Source: an uncultured virus (IMG/VR IMGVR_UViG_3300020403_000008) (taxonomy: Duplodnaviria; Heunggongvirae; Uroviricota; Caudoviricetes; Crassvirales). From it: a stretch of DNA of 64,000 nt. Position 1 is the stretch's first letter. Each line of letters opens with the position of its first letter. Below the pieces are notes generated by a model. That model worked only from the letters and a program-made list of their open reading frames with translations, was not told the origin of the DNA and did not search any database. Shown piece after piece: positions 46,131 to 55,598 of the stretch. The stretch lies in the IMG/VR virus record IMGVR_UViG_3300020403_000008. The stretch is one strand, 5' to 3'. Both the position numbers and the translations under genes were made by a program.

Positions 46131-49100
46131 TGAGATTAAGAAATACTTTTATTGGCGGCAAAATGAACAAAGACGTAGACGAGCGTCTTGTTCCAGATGG
46201 TGAGTACAGAGATGCTGAAAACATCAAAGTTGCTATGTCTAATAGTTCTGACGTAGGTGCTCTAGAAAATGTGCTGTCTAATAAACAAAAATCTTTTTTA
46301 GATACAGGTAATAATGCTGAGACCATAGGTAGCGCAGCTGTTGAATATACTAATTGTGTTTATTGGTTTGTAAAATCTGATACTTCAAGTGCTGTTTATG
46401 AATACAACATCACTACTGATTTACAAAGAATAATATTATTAGACACTAGAACGGGCTCAGACAATGTATTAAATTTTAGCAAAGAAAATAGAATAAACAA
46501 TGTTGACACTGTAGTTGATACTGACAATGGTAAAATATTTATATTCTGGACAGACGGATTAAATCCTCCTAGAAAAATAGAAATAGATAGGGCTGCTGAA
46601 TACGGAGAAAATAATTTTACAGATGAAGACATTAGTGTTATAGTAAAACCTCCTCTACATAGACCTACGTTTACATTATCAGCTACAAACACAGCTGACG
46701 AAAATTATATTAAAGATAAGTTTCTACAGTTTTCATATAGATATAAATATGTAGACAACCAATATTCAGCTATATCTCCTTTTAGCAATCCCGCTTTTGA
46801 ACCGTATCCTTTTAAATACAACTACGGATTAAATAGTAACGAGTCTTTTGTTAACAGATACAATGTTGTAAACCTAACAGTAAACTCAGGAAGTCATCTA
46901 GTAAAAGAGGTTGAGGTTTTATATAAAGAAGCTGGCAAACAAAATCTGTATGTTGTAGAATCCTACAACAAAGAGAAAAAAACATGGGATGATAATACTG
47001 AATATGTAGTTACATTTCAAAACAAAAAAATAAGCAAGATACTGCCAGAGAGTCAAATTAAAAGAATATTTGATGCTGTACCAAGAAAAGCTTTTGCACA
47101 AACATTTATTGGAAACAGATTGCTTTACGCTAACTACACGGAGAACTGGAATCTGATTGACGAGTTGGGGGGTGAAATAAAACCTGATTTTACTGCTTCT
47201 GTTCTTACAAATGAATTTGCTACCGCTCCATACACAACCATGAAGGCTGGTAGAGACTACGAAGTTGGTATAGTTTATTTAGATGAATATGGCAGAACTA
47301 CGACAGTTCTTACATCTGATGGAAACAGTGTTTTTGTACCAAACGAAAATGCATTATATCAGTCTAAACTACAAGTTGAGATAAGAAGCAAAGCTCCTGT
47401 ATGGGCAAAGTATTTTAGATTTTTTATCAAAGAAAGTAAAATGCCATACGACATAGTTATTCCTACAAGATTTTATGTTGATGGAGCTTATGTATGGATA
47501 GAGCTGACTGGTAGTGACGTTAACAAAATAGAAAAAGGAACACGCTTAGTCGTCAAGGCAGATACCTCTGGACCTGTAAAAGGATACGTAGAAACAGAAG
47601 TGTTAGACCTACAAACGCAAACTGTAAACTTTTTAGAGCCTGACCCAACAGTAGCAGAACTAGAGCAAAAAGCAGGATTATATTATAAAATAAGACCAAA
47701 AGGGTTTACTTTCAATAATAATGCAGTAGAATTATATGAGTTCGAATCAAATCACAGCACAAGGGATAGAAGGGAAAATATGATAGATAGGGGTGATAAG
47801 CTCCAATATTTTGGCGAACCAATCCCTTATTTATCAGAATCAACTTCACTTGCTGGAAACTCACTATCTAGGTCAGGAACTAATATAGCCCCAAGAGATA
47901 TTAGATATAAAATAATAATAGATGCTGTAGGGGATGGTATTACAACCTACGATGAGTTTAGAGTTGAATATACTGACAACGGGGTTGCTTATGCTCAACC
48001 AGCCGTAACAATTACAGGGAGTAGTCAAACTATAACCAACGGGCTTAGTGTAAGCTTTAGCTCTCGTTCTGGTCATACTGTAGGTGATTATTGGGTGGTT
48101 AGTGGTTACGGTAAAGAACCTTTAAACTTTGGAAATCGTGACAGGTCTCATGCTTTATTTAGAGGAGAACCTGGCAATGAAGTTATTGAGGCAGGCTCAA
48201 TAGTAGAAATAGAATATATTGAATCACAAAAAGCTGGTGACGGATATAGCAACAGTTTTACAGAATCATACACTTCAAGTAGCAGATATGCAAATTTAGA
48301 AGAATGGTATTACGGAGAAAACCTTTCTGGATTTGGTCCAGGAGTTACAGATGCACAAGTATTTTTTAGACATGTTAACTTGACTGACGACCATGGAGGT
48401 GAAGGAAAAACCGCCTTCAAAGTACAAGTACAGCAAAACGGTACCATGTGTATGATAATCCAAAGTAAACAAAGACAATGGAATGAAAGAAATGCAAATG
48501 CAAGAGTTTACACAACAGGATTATTAGAAATAAAATCATCAGACAGCCTGCCTATATTTGAAACTAAAGCAATAGAAAAAGATTCAGATATATTTTATGA
48601 AGTAGGAGACACTTATGAGTTATCAGACGATAACACTTTCCACATTGGTAAAGCTGGTGACGTCCCTCAGTCTTTTACTTCTCCTGCTACAATTACAATA
48701 GACGCCCACAATGCATGGGCTTGGGGGAATGGATATGAGTCAATAAAGATAAAAGACCTATTTAATAATCCAACATTTGTTTTTGACACAAGACCAAGCA
48801 CCTTTATAGAAAGTTATAGAGAAAATAACAGAGTAGCTTCTTTAACATATTCTGGAGTTTATGAGCAAAGCACAAATTTCAATGCCTTAAATGAATTTAA
48901 TTTATCTACGGCAAACTTTAAAGATATAGATGACGCTTTAGGCAGCATACAAAAAATAGTATCAAGAGATAATGATATTGTAGTATTCCAAGAAAACAAA
49001 ATATCTAAACTCTTGTTTAATAAAAACATCATATTTAACACTGACGGCTCAGGAAATATATCACAAACTAAAAATGTATTAGGAACTATAACTCCTTATA

Positions 49101-50038
49101 CAGGTGAGTTTGGTGTTGGATTGAACCCTGAAAGTGTTTGTAAATATGGAAACGTAATATATTTTGCAGACACAAGTAGAGGTTTTGTGTTCAGACTGTC
49201 TAACGATGGACTGACTCAAATATCACAGTATGGTATGGCAAACTTCTTTAGAAGTGAATTACCAGTGCGTGATTTAAATAAAACTTTAGGTGGATACAAT
49301 CCTAGAGACGGAGAGTATATTTTATCTTTACAAGGAGGAACAGAATCTACAGACACTTTGTTGTGGGTTGGAGATGAATATTTCTGTGAACAAACATTTG
49401 TTGATGATGTAGTAGAATGGAGAGGTACAGAAGCTGTATGTCTTGTTTCTTGTTATGGAGATTGGAAACCTTCTGACATAGTAAGCGATGGTCAAGATTG
49501 GAGAATTGACGAGTATTATTGTGAGCAAGAAGAGCAAAGACCAACACCAATACCAATTCCTACACCATCACCAGTGCCTACACCAGTACCCGTGGCTGTG
49601 CCGTCTCCATCTCCAGTGCCAGTACCTGTACCAGTGCCAGTTGTTGCTCCTAACCCAACGCCTGCACCAGCACCTACACCAGCGCCTGTAGCGGATTTAC
49701 CACCAGTACCAGCACCAACACCTACCCCGTCACCAACACCTGCCCCAGTACCAGCGCCAACACCTGCGCCTACACCTACTCCTACGCCAGCGCCTGCACC
49801 AACGCCTGTACCAACTCCAGCTCCAGCAGCGCCAACAGCGATGAGACTAAACCCATGTAACCCATTTGGTGTTTACAACAAAGTAATACCTTATGACTCT
49901 AATCTGTCAGTTGGAACCGTGGTTACAATAGAAGACGGAAACTGTTATGCAGTTAGTGCTGCTATCACTGATACAGCGAACTCTACAGTGTCACAAGTTT
50001 TCTTAAATTGTTATAATTGTACTAATGGAATATTTTAA
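46130..50038 (+). CDS. Tail stabilisation (muzzle) protein, N-terminal part, with appended W-x6-C motifs, Pro-rich stalk and Cys domain
   Basis: F.GGKMNKDVDERLVP.GEYRDA.N, WTDGLNPPRKI, GNRLLYANY, GEFGVGLNPES, GGYNP..EYILS; then (XP)n. Confidence 0.8.
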   Translation: MRLRNTFIGGKMNKDVDERLVPDGEYRDAENIKVAMSNSSDVGALENVLSNKQKSFLDTGNNAETIGSAAVEYTNCVYWFVKSDTSSAVYEYNITTDLQRIILLDTRTGSDNVLNFSKENRINNVDTVVDTDNGKIFIFWTDGLNPPRKIEIDRAAEYGENNFTDEDISVIVKPPLHRPTFTLSATNTADENYIKDKFLQFSYRYKYVDNQYSAISPFSNPAFEPYPFKYNYGLNSNESFVNRYNVVNLTVNSGSHLVKEVEVLYKEAGKQNLYVVESYNKEKKTWDDNTEYVVTFQNKKISKILPESQIKRIFDAVPRKAFAQTFIGNRLLYANYTENWNLIDELGGEIKPDFTASVLTNEFATAPYTTMKAGRDYEVGIVYLDEYGRTTTVLTSDGNSVFVPNENALYQSKLQVEIRSKAPVWAKYFRFFIKESKMPYDIVIPTRFYVDGAYVWIELTGSDVNKIEKGTRLVVKADTSGPVKGYVETEVLDLQTQTVNFLEPDPTVAELEQKAGLYYKIRPKGFTFNNNAVELYEFESNHSTRDRRENMIDRGDKLQYFGEPIPYLSESTSLAGNSLSRSGTNIAPRDIRYKIIIDAVGDGITTYDEFRVEYTDNGVAYAQPAVTITGSSQTITNGLSVSFSSRSGHTVGDYWVVSGYGKEPLNFGNRDRSHALFRGEPGNEVIEAGSIVEIEYIESQKAGDGYSNSFTESYTSSSRYANLEEWYYGENLSGFGPGVTDAQVFFRHVNLTDDHGGEGKTAFKVQVQQNGTMCMIIQSKQRQWNERNANARVYTTGLLEIKSSDSLPIFETKAIEKDSDIFYEVGDTYELSDDNTFHIGKAGDVPQSFTSPATITIDAHNAWAWGNGYESIKIKDLFNNPTFVFDTRPSTFIESYRENNRVASLTYSGVYEQSTNFNALNEFNLSTANFKDIDDALGSIQKIVSRDNDIVVFQENKISKLLFNKNIIFNTDGSGNISQTKNVLGTITPYTGEFGVGLNPESVCKYGNVIYFADTSRGFVFRLSNDGLTQISQYGMANFFRSELPVRDLNKTLGGYNPRDGEYILSLQGGTESTDTLLWVGDEYFCEQTFVDDVVEWRGTEAVCLVSCYGDWKPSDIVSDGQDWRIDEYYCEQEEQRPTPIPIPTPSPVPTPVPVAVPSPSPVPVPVPVPVVAPNPTPAPAPTPAPVADLPPVPAPTPTPSPTPAPVPAPTPAPTPTPTPAPAPTPVPTPAPAAPTAMRLNPCNPFGVYNKVIPYDSNLSVGTVVTIEDGNCYAVSAAITDTANSTVSQVFLNCYNCTNGIF

Positions 50039-51823
50039 ATGAGCAATACAGGGAAAAAAATAGTAACAAGGTTAAGACTGTTCAAGGACGGTTTAGCAAC
50101 TAGCAAGACAAAACCAAATGTCGAGGGAGATAAATATTATGTTGCTCCATTCGAAGATTTGGTAGATTGCAACCCTCTTGGACCACCAGCTCCTATACCT
50201 ACTCCTACACCTGCGCCAGTTGCTGTGCCAGCTACACCACCTGTGCCTACACCTATTCCTGTAGCGGTGCCTACGCCTTCGCCTACGCCTACGCCTAGCC
50301 CATCGCCTATTCCTGCACCTGTGCCTAATCCTTCACCAAGTCCAACGCCAGCTCCAGTAGTTGTGCCTGTACCTGTGCCTAATCCTATTCCAACCCCTGC
50401 ACCTGTACCAAGCCCTGTACCTACCCCTGCACCTGCTGTAGCACCAACCCCTGCACCAGTAATGCCTACACCTGCTCCTGTACCTGCTGCACCAACACCT
50501 GTACCAACTCCAGCTCCTTCTCCAGTAAGCTCTACTTATCATGTTTGGTCAGCAAATGCAATAAGTATTAGTCAAGGAATTTATAGTGGAGATGTTTCCA
50601 TAAGTGATGCGGAGCAAACAATATTTGGTCCTATAGGTAGCGGATATGATTCAACGTTAGCTTTATATTTAAGTGACGATAATGGAAGCTTAGATTCAGT
50701 ACAAGCTCTTATCGCTTCAGCTGATGCTGGCGGAACTATAACTGCGTACTTAAGCTTTAACGAGATTCTTCCAATACAAGTAAATCAGTCAGCTCCTTAC
50801 TTTGCTATAAACGAAGTAGGCGCAGGCACACAAGCGAACATAAGAAGCGCACAGCTTGTAATTAAAATAGGTACAGACAGCACTTTACAAGTTATAAACG
50901 GTTCTGATATATATTATGAAGTAGACCCTCTTAACCCTGTACCTTCTCCAGTTGCAGCTCCAGTAGCATCAGATGTATGTTTGACTAATCCTGCTGCTGT
51001 AACAATACAAAGCATTGGAGGTGGCAATAAATATGTATTTGGAGGCACATACGGAAATTATAAAACATCAGTTGGAACTTATGTCTTAACAGGCGTTCCT
51101 TCAAGTCATCCTATTGCAATACTTAATGACGGAAAACAAGCCTTCATAAGTTATACAGGAACTGTAATGGCAGGTTCAAAAGGCATAAATAATGTTTATC
51201 ACGACTACTATTATGGCGATATAACGATAACTGTAAACGGAGATTATGGAACAGTAAGTTATGATTGCTTGAATCATGGATACATGGGAGGACAAGATAA
51301 CTTAACATACGATAATGTTACATGTTCAGCTCCTTCTCCAGTGCCAGTTGCACCTACGCCAATCCCTGTAGGAGCACCTATAGCAGCTCCAGTAGTAGCA
51401 CCAACACCAGCACCTACTCCTGCTCCAACACCAGCTCCAGCACCTGTTCCTGCTCCAGCTAGCCAAACTTATAGTTTACCACAAGGCTCAACTATTAATG
51501 TTCAAGGCATGTTTATGAACGGAACGCTTTGGTATTATTTTGGAACTTATGGTAGCGATAGCTATACGTTTACCGCAACCTCAGGAACATATACATTCAA
51601 CGTTCCTCAATCACACCCTATTGCTTTCTATACAGCGGGAACAACAAACAGCTACAGTGGAGGTACGGTGCAAGGAACTAAGAACGGACAAGACGGAAAT
51701 AGCTATGATTATAGATATGGAACAGTAACATTAACAATAAATGATACAAGCGCAACACCAGTGACTTATGAGTGTTATTTCCATGGTTACATGGGAGGAT
51801 TAAACAATCTCATATTGGTATAA
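50039..51823 (+). CDS. Pro-rich virion appendage protein 1 (NTG head, XP stalks, two cupredoxin-like domains)
   Basis: Shared head; (P-T/A/V/S/N/I)n; HPIA...C..HGYMGG twice. Confidence 0.75.
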   Translation: MSNTGKKIVTRLRLFKDGLATSKTKPNVEGDKYYVAPFEDLVDCNPLGPPAPIPTPTPAPVAVPATPPVPTPIPVAVPTPSPTPTPSPSPIPAPVPNPSPSPTPAPVVVPVPVPNPIPTPAPVPSPVPTPAPAVAPTPAPVMPTPAPVPAAPTPVPTPAPSPVSSTYHVWSANAISISQGIYSGDVSISDAEQTIFGPIGSGYDSTLALYLSDDNGSLDSVQALIASADAGGTITAYLSFNEILPIQVNQSAPYFAINEVGAGTQANIRSAQLVIKIGTDSTLQVINGSDIYYEVDPLNPVPSPVAAPVASDVCLTNPAAVTIQSIGGGNKYVFGGTYGNYKTSVGTYVLTGVPSSHPIAILNDGKQAFISYTGTVMAGSKGINNVYHDYYYGDITITVNGDYGTVSYDCLNHGYMGGQDNLTYDNVTCSAPSPVPVAPTPIPVGAPIAAPVVAPTPAPTPAPTPAPAPVPAPASQTYSLPQGSTINVQGMFMNGTLWYYFGTYGSDSYTFTATSGTYTFNVPQSHPIAFYTAGTTNSYSGGTVQGTKNGQDGNSYDYRYGTVTLTINDTSATPVTYECYFHGYMGGLNNLILV

Positions 51824-51827
51824 CAAC

Positions 51828-51835
51828 TATCTTTG
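51828..51835 (+). promoter_or_regulatory. -7 promoter element TATCTTTG inside the cassette
   Basis: Consensus match in the 23-nt gap before 51847. Confidence 0.55.
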
Positions 51836-51846
51836 TATGATATAAT

Positions 51847-52836
51847 ATGGCAAATACAGGAAGAAAAATATTCACAACGATACGTCAATATGTAAATGGC
51901 GTTTGGAATGGTAACGAGAAGTTCAATAGCACTGACGACCCCGATTACCAATACCCTGTTTATGATGAAGCTGAGTGCCCACTACCAGCTCCTCCTGTAC
52001 CTAGCCCTATACCAACCCCTAGCCCAATACCAACACCTAGTCCAGTGCCTGTTCCAGTGCCAGCAGTAGTGGAAGTAGCCCCTAATCCAGTGCCAAATCC
52101 AGCGCCAACTCCAACTCCTGCGCCTGTGCCTGTTGTTATTCCTACACCTGCACCAGTTCCGAATCCAACACCAGCGCCACAACCAGCGCCGACACCCGCT
52201 CCTGCCCCAGTACCAGCGCCTGTTCCTGCTCCTACTTCAAACCAGTATGTGGTTCTAGGACATGGAAACACTCCAGAATCTGCATGTAACGATACTTTAA
52301 ATGATTTATTTTATATTGATGGAGGACAATTAGCTACATCAACAAATGTATATTACGATGAATGGGGTAATACAAAATCGCAACCACAATATTTTGCTCA
52401 AGCTGGAGTTGTAAGATATTGGAATGGACAACAGTTTACATCTTACGCAAGTTGTAACCAACCAACACCAGCACCGAATGCACCTACGCCAATACCAGTA
52501 GCAGCACCAACAGCTAATTGCGGAAGCAATACATATTACCTAAGCGAAGGTAAATTCTATGGTTCTTATTTCTGCCAATCACCTTTTGGAGGAATGGTTG
52601 GAGGAGGAGCGGCAACGACTTACCCAATAACTATGGCGGTTACATCGAACTATCCTGGAAGCGTAAATGCTCAACTAGGAGCTCAACTATGTTACAATGG
52701 ACAACCTTTTTCTGGAAACGGCTTCCATTATTTAATGAGTACCTTCCCTAGTAGTTTTAATGGAACAGGAAGTCATTCGATGGTAGTAATTAATGATGAC
52801 GGTATAGTTACCTCAGTTAAATATATGACTTGTTAA
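51847..52836 (+). CDS. Pro-rich virion appendage protein 2
   Basis: NTG head; XP stalks; two Cys-bounded beta domains. Confidence 0.75.
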   Translation: MANTGRKIFTTIRQYVNGVWNGNEKFNSTDDPDYQYPVYDEAECPLPAPPVPSPIPTPSPIPTPSPVPVPVPAVVEVAPNPVPNPAPTPTPAPVPVVIPTPAPVPNPTPAPQPAPTPAPAPVPAPVPAPTSNQYVVLGHGNTPESACNDTLNDLFYIDGGQLATSTNVYYDEWGNTKSQPQYFAQAGVVRYWNGQQFTSYASCNQPTPAPNAPTPIPVAAPTANCGSNTYYLSEGKFYGSYFCQSPFGGMVGGGAATTYPITMAVTSNYPGSVNAQLGAQLCYNGQPFSGNGFHYLMSTFPSSFNGTGSHSMVVINDDGIVTSVKYMTC

Positions 52837-52837
52837 T

Positions 52838-53572
52838 ATGGCAAATACAGGAAGTAAAATATATAGAACACTAAGGCTCATAAAAAATGGAGTTAGGACT
52901 GTGCACGTAAAACCAAACGTGCCAGAAGACCCTGACTTTATTCCTCCTTTTACAGACTTAGCAGATTGCTATACTAATGCTCCTGCACCTGCGCCTGTTC
53001 CTGTTCCTACTCCTGCTCCAGTACCTAACCCCGTGCCAACTCCAGGACCTGCACCTTCGCCAGTTCCTGCTCCAAGTGCAATACCTCCAACCCCAGCACC
53101 AACTCCTGCGCCAGTCGCAGATGTTGTACCAACTCCTTCACCGACACCTGCGCCAGTAGTAAAAGTTCCTTCGCCAGTTGGAGGAGGTTCTACTTTCTAC
53201 TTGAGTGCACCAAGACAAACATCTGGAGAGCTTTGTACAGCTGCATTCTCAATAGTTATGAGTGTACAAGTTACAGCTGCTACGGTTGCAACATCGTTAG
53301 GAGCACAAGTAACTAAAGGTGGAGCTAAGTTCCGTGGTAATAACAAATATTACGCAATGGACAATTCAAATAATTATACAACACACTCAGGAACAACATG
53401 GTTGGCTGTGTTAATTAATAATGATGGTATTATACAAGATATAGTTTACGTAAAATGTGGAGATTATGATGTAATGGATGGCACAGGATGGGATGCCCCA
53501 GACCCTTATAGCACGACACCACAAGATGACGGTGAGCTTGTTTATTATTATAAAGATACAATGAATTTATAG
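52838..53572 (+). CDS. Pro-rich virion appendage protein 3
   Basis: NTG head; XP stalk; domain paralogous to the C-terminus of protein 2. Confidence 0.75.
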   Translation: MANTGSKIYRTLRLIKNGVRTVHVKPNVPEDPDFIPPFTDLADCYTNAPAPAPVPVPTPAPVPNPVPTPGPAPSPVPAPSAIPPTPAPTPAPVADVVPTPSPTPAPVVKVPSPVGGGSTFYLSAPRQTSGELCTAAFSIVMSVQVTAATVATSLGAQVTKGGAKFRGNNKYYAMDNSNNYTTHSGTTWLAVLINNDGIIQDIVYVKCGDYDVMDGTGWDAPDPYSTTPQDDGELVYYYKDTMNL

Positions 53573-53574
53573 AT

Positions 53575-53757
53575 ATGAATTTTACAGGGAAAAAATATTA
53601 TACAAAATTAAGAAAGTTCGTAAATGGAAAACCAACACAAGATGTGAAGGAAAACATAATTACGGACCCAGATTATATAAAACCTTATGATGATATAAAT
53701 GGATGCCCAAAAGGCACGTCTTCGCCTGCACCAGTTGCAGCGCCAACGACATATTAA
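53575..53757 (+). CDS. Head-only appendage protein 4 (60 aa)
   Basis: Head motif plus a short SPAPVAAPT tail. Confidence 0.75.
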   Translation: MNFTGKKYYTKLRKFVNGKPTQDVKENIITDPDYIKPYDDINGCPKGTSSPAPVAAPTTY

Positions 53758-53763
53758 TTAATT

Positions 53764-55554
53764 ATGGGAGAGAAGTACAGTAAAATAAGAAAATATGTAA
53801 ATGGCTTTCCAAGAAAAGATGAAGCCGTCAATAGCCCTAACGAGCCTGGGTACATTCCACCTGTATATGATGCAGGTCCATGTACTACATGTGAGCCAGA
53901 GGAAGATGGTGACATTATTGAATGGAGAGGTCATTCTTTTTACTGTGAGCAAGAAGATGCTCCCACGCCCACTCCTAGCCCAACTCCTAGTCCTACGCCT
54001 AGTCCGACACCTAGTCCTACGCCTACGCCAACACCTACCCCTACACCGACTCCAACACCTAGTCCTAGTCCAGTCCCTGTACCAGCACCTAGTCCAATAC
54101 CTGCCCCAGCGCCAATACCAGCTCCTTCTGTAGGATATGTATATTATACTGTTAACGATTGTGCAAACACTTTTAATGATATTGTAAGAAGCACTTTTTC
54201 TCTTTCAACAGGAACTGTTGTAAAAGCCACAGGATTAAGTGGTTGTTTAGAAATAGGAAATTTAACACAGCCATCAGGCACAAACACTGTATATGAGGAA
54301 TATACTGATTGTACTGATTGTGGCGCAACAACTCCTACTCCAACACCTAGCCCAACACCTACACCAACACCAGCGCCAGCTCCAATTCCAACGCCAGCGC
54401 CTGTGCCTAACCCAACCCCTGCGCCTACACCAGCACCTACTGTTACACCTGTAGTGCCTACTCCTGTACCTCAACCAACTCCAACGCCTGCGCCTACGCC
54501 AGCTCCAACACCTGCGCCAATACCAACGCCAGCACCTACACCAATTCCTAATCCGTCTCCAACTCCTGCTCCAGCAGCAACACCTTGCTATGAGTTTACT
54601 ATTGGAAATGATGGAGACCCATTAGAAGACGATTCGTTCACATACAGATTATGTGGCGGAGGAAATTCATCAGGTTCAATACCATTTGGAGACCAAATCA
54701 CTGTTTGTGCCGAGTCTTTCTCTCACATAGGAACTTCTCTAACTGTAACAAACACATTAGTCCCTTGTTCTGGAAGCCCTGTACCTAGTCCAGTAGCACC
54801 TAATCCTGTGCCAACACCAGCACCCACACCAGCACCAGCTGCTACACTTTACTATGTTGCTTTAGGTAACGGAAACAGCGCTTCATCTGCTTGTAACGAT
54901 ACCTTAAACGACTACTTCTACATAGATAGTGGACAATTAGCTACTGCTAGCGGAATATATTATGATGCTGCGGGTCAGAACCCTGCGCAAGACACGCACT
55001 ATACGGATGGAAATGGATTCTATGTTGTTTGGAATGGTTCGTCTATCACAAACCTACAGTCTTGTCCTTCAGGACCTGCTCCAACAGCTCCTAATCCAGT
55101 ATATACACCACCTACACCTAACCCTGTATATACACCACCTTCTCCATCACCTGTAGCGCCTACACCTAATCCTGTAGCACCTACGCCTAATCCTGTAGCA
55201 CCTACACCTAATCCTGTAGCGCCAACACCTAACCCTGTAGCGCCAACACCTAATCCTGTGGCTCCCACGCCTACACCAGCGCCAGCACCAACTCCTACAC
55301 CTGCACCGCAGCCAGTAGCTCCGCAGCCTGTACCGACACCAGCACCATCTTCTACGCCTGCATACAGAGTTGAAGTTCAAAAGCAAAGTGGAGTCACTTA
55401 CATGATATTCACATATACTGATTCGTACGGAAACTCTCAGTACAAAAACAGTATGAACTCTTATGAATATGTTTGTGCTCAAAACGGTAATATTCAACCT
55501 CAGTCAGGAGTACAAGGGTACCAGAACCTATACACAAGTTGTGTTGGTTCGTAA
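53764..55554 (+). CDS. Pro-rich virion appendage protein 5
   Basis: Head, [10 protein letters not shown] motif, four XP stalks, four Cys-containing domains. Confidence 0.75.
   Translation: MGEKYSKIRKYVNGFPRKDEAVNSPNEPGYIPPVYDAGPCTTCEPEEDGDIIEWRGHSFYCEQEDAPTPTPSPTPSPTPSPTPSPTPTPTPTPTPTPTPSPSPVPVPAPSPIPAPAPIPAPSVGYVYYTVNDCANTFNDIVRSTFSLSTGTVVKATGLSGCLEIGNLTQPSGTNTVYEEYTDCTDCGATTPTPTPSPTPTPTPAPAPIPTPAPVPNPTPAPTPAPTVTPVVPTPVPQPTPTPAPTPAPTPAPIPTPAPTPIPNPSPTPAPAATPCYEFTIGNDGDPLEDDSFTYRLCGGGNSSGSIPFGDQITVCAESFSHIGTSLTVTNTLVPCSGSPVPSPVAPNPVPTPAPTPAPAATLYYVALGNGNSASSACNDTLNDYFYIDSGQLATASGIYYDAAGQNPAQDTHYTDGNGFYVVWNGSSITNLQSCPSGPAPTAPNPVYTPPTPNPVYTPPSPSPVAPTPNPVAPTPNPVAPTPNPVAPTPNPVAPTPNPVAPTPTPAPAPTPTPAPQPVAPQPVPTPAPSSTPAYRVEVQKQSGVTYMIFTYTDSYGNSQYKNSMNSYEYVCAQNGNIQPQSGVQGYQNLYTSCVGS
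55153..55272 (+). repeat. 21-bp tandem repeat encoding VAPTPNP (5+ copies)
   Basis: GTAGC(G/A)CC(T/A)AC(A/G)CCTAA(T/C)CCT units with synonymous variation. Confidence 0.85.
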
Positions 55555-55598
55555 AAAAATTATTAACTTAGTATGATATTAAAATATAATACAATCAA

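Noticed and set aside
49541..55350. CRISPR array or DGR in the repeat-rich region
   Set aside because: Repeats are in-frame Pro codons with synonymous variation; no repeat-spacer structure, cas genes or reverse transcriptase
49541..55350. Collagen-like fibres
   Set aside because: No Gly-X-Y periodicity; the repeats are X-Pro dipeptides
50333..55497. Minus-strand ORFs rich in Gly-Ala-Gly-Val or Trp-Cys-Arg
   Set aside because: Shadow frames of the Pro-rich plus-strand genes
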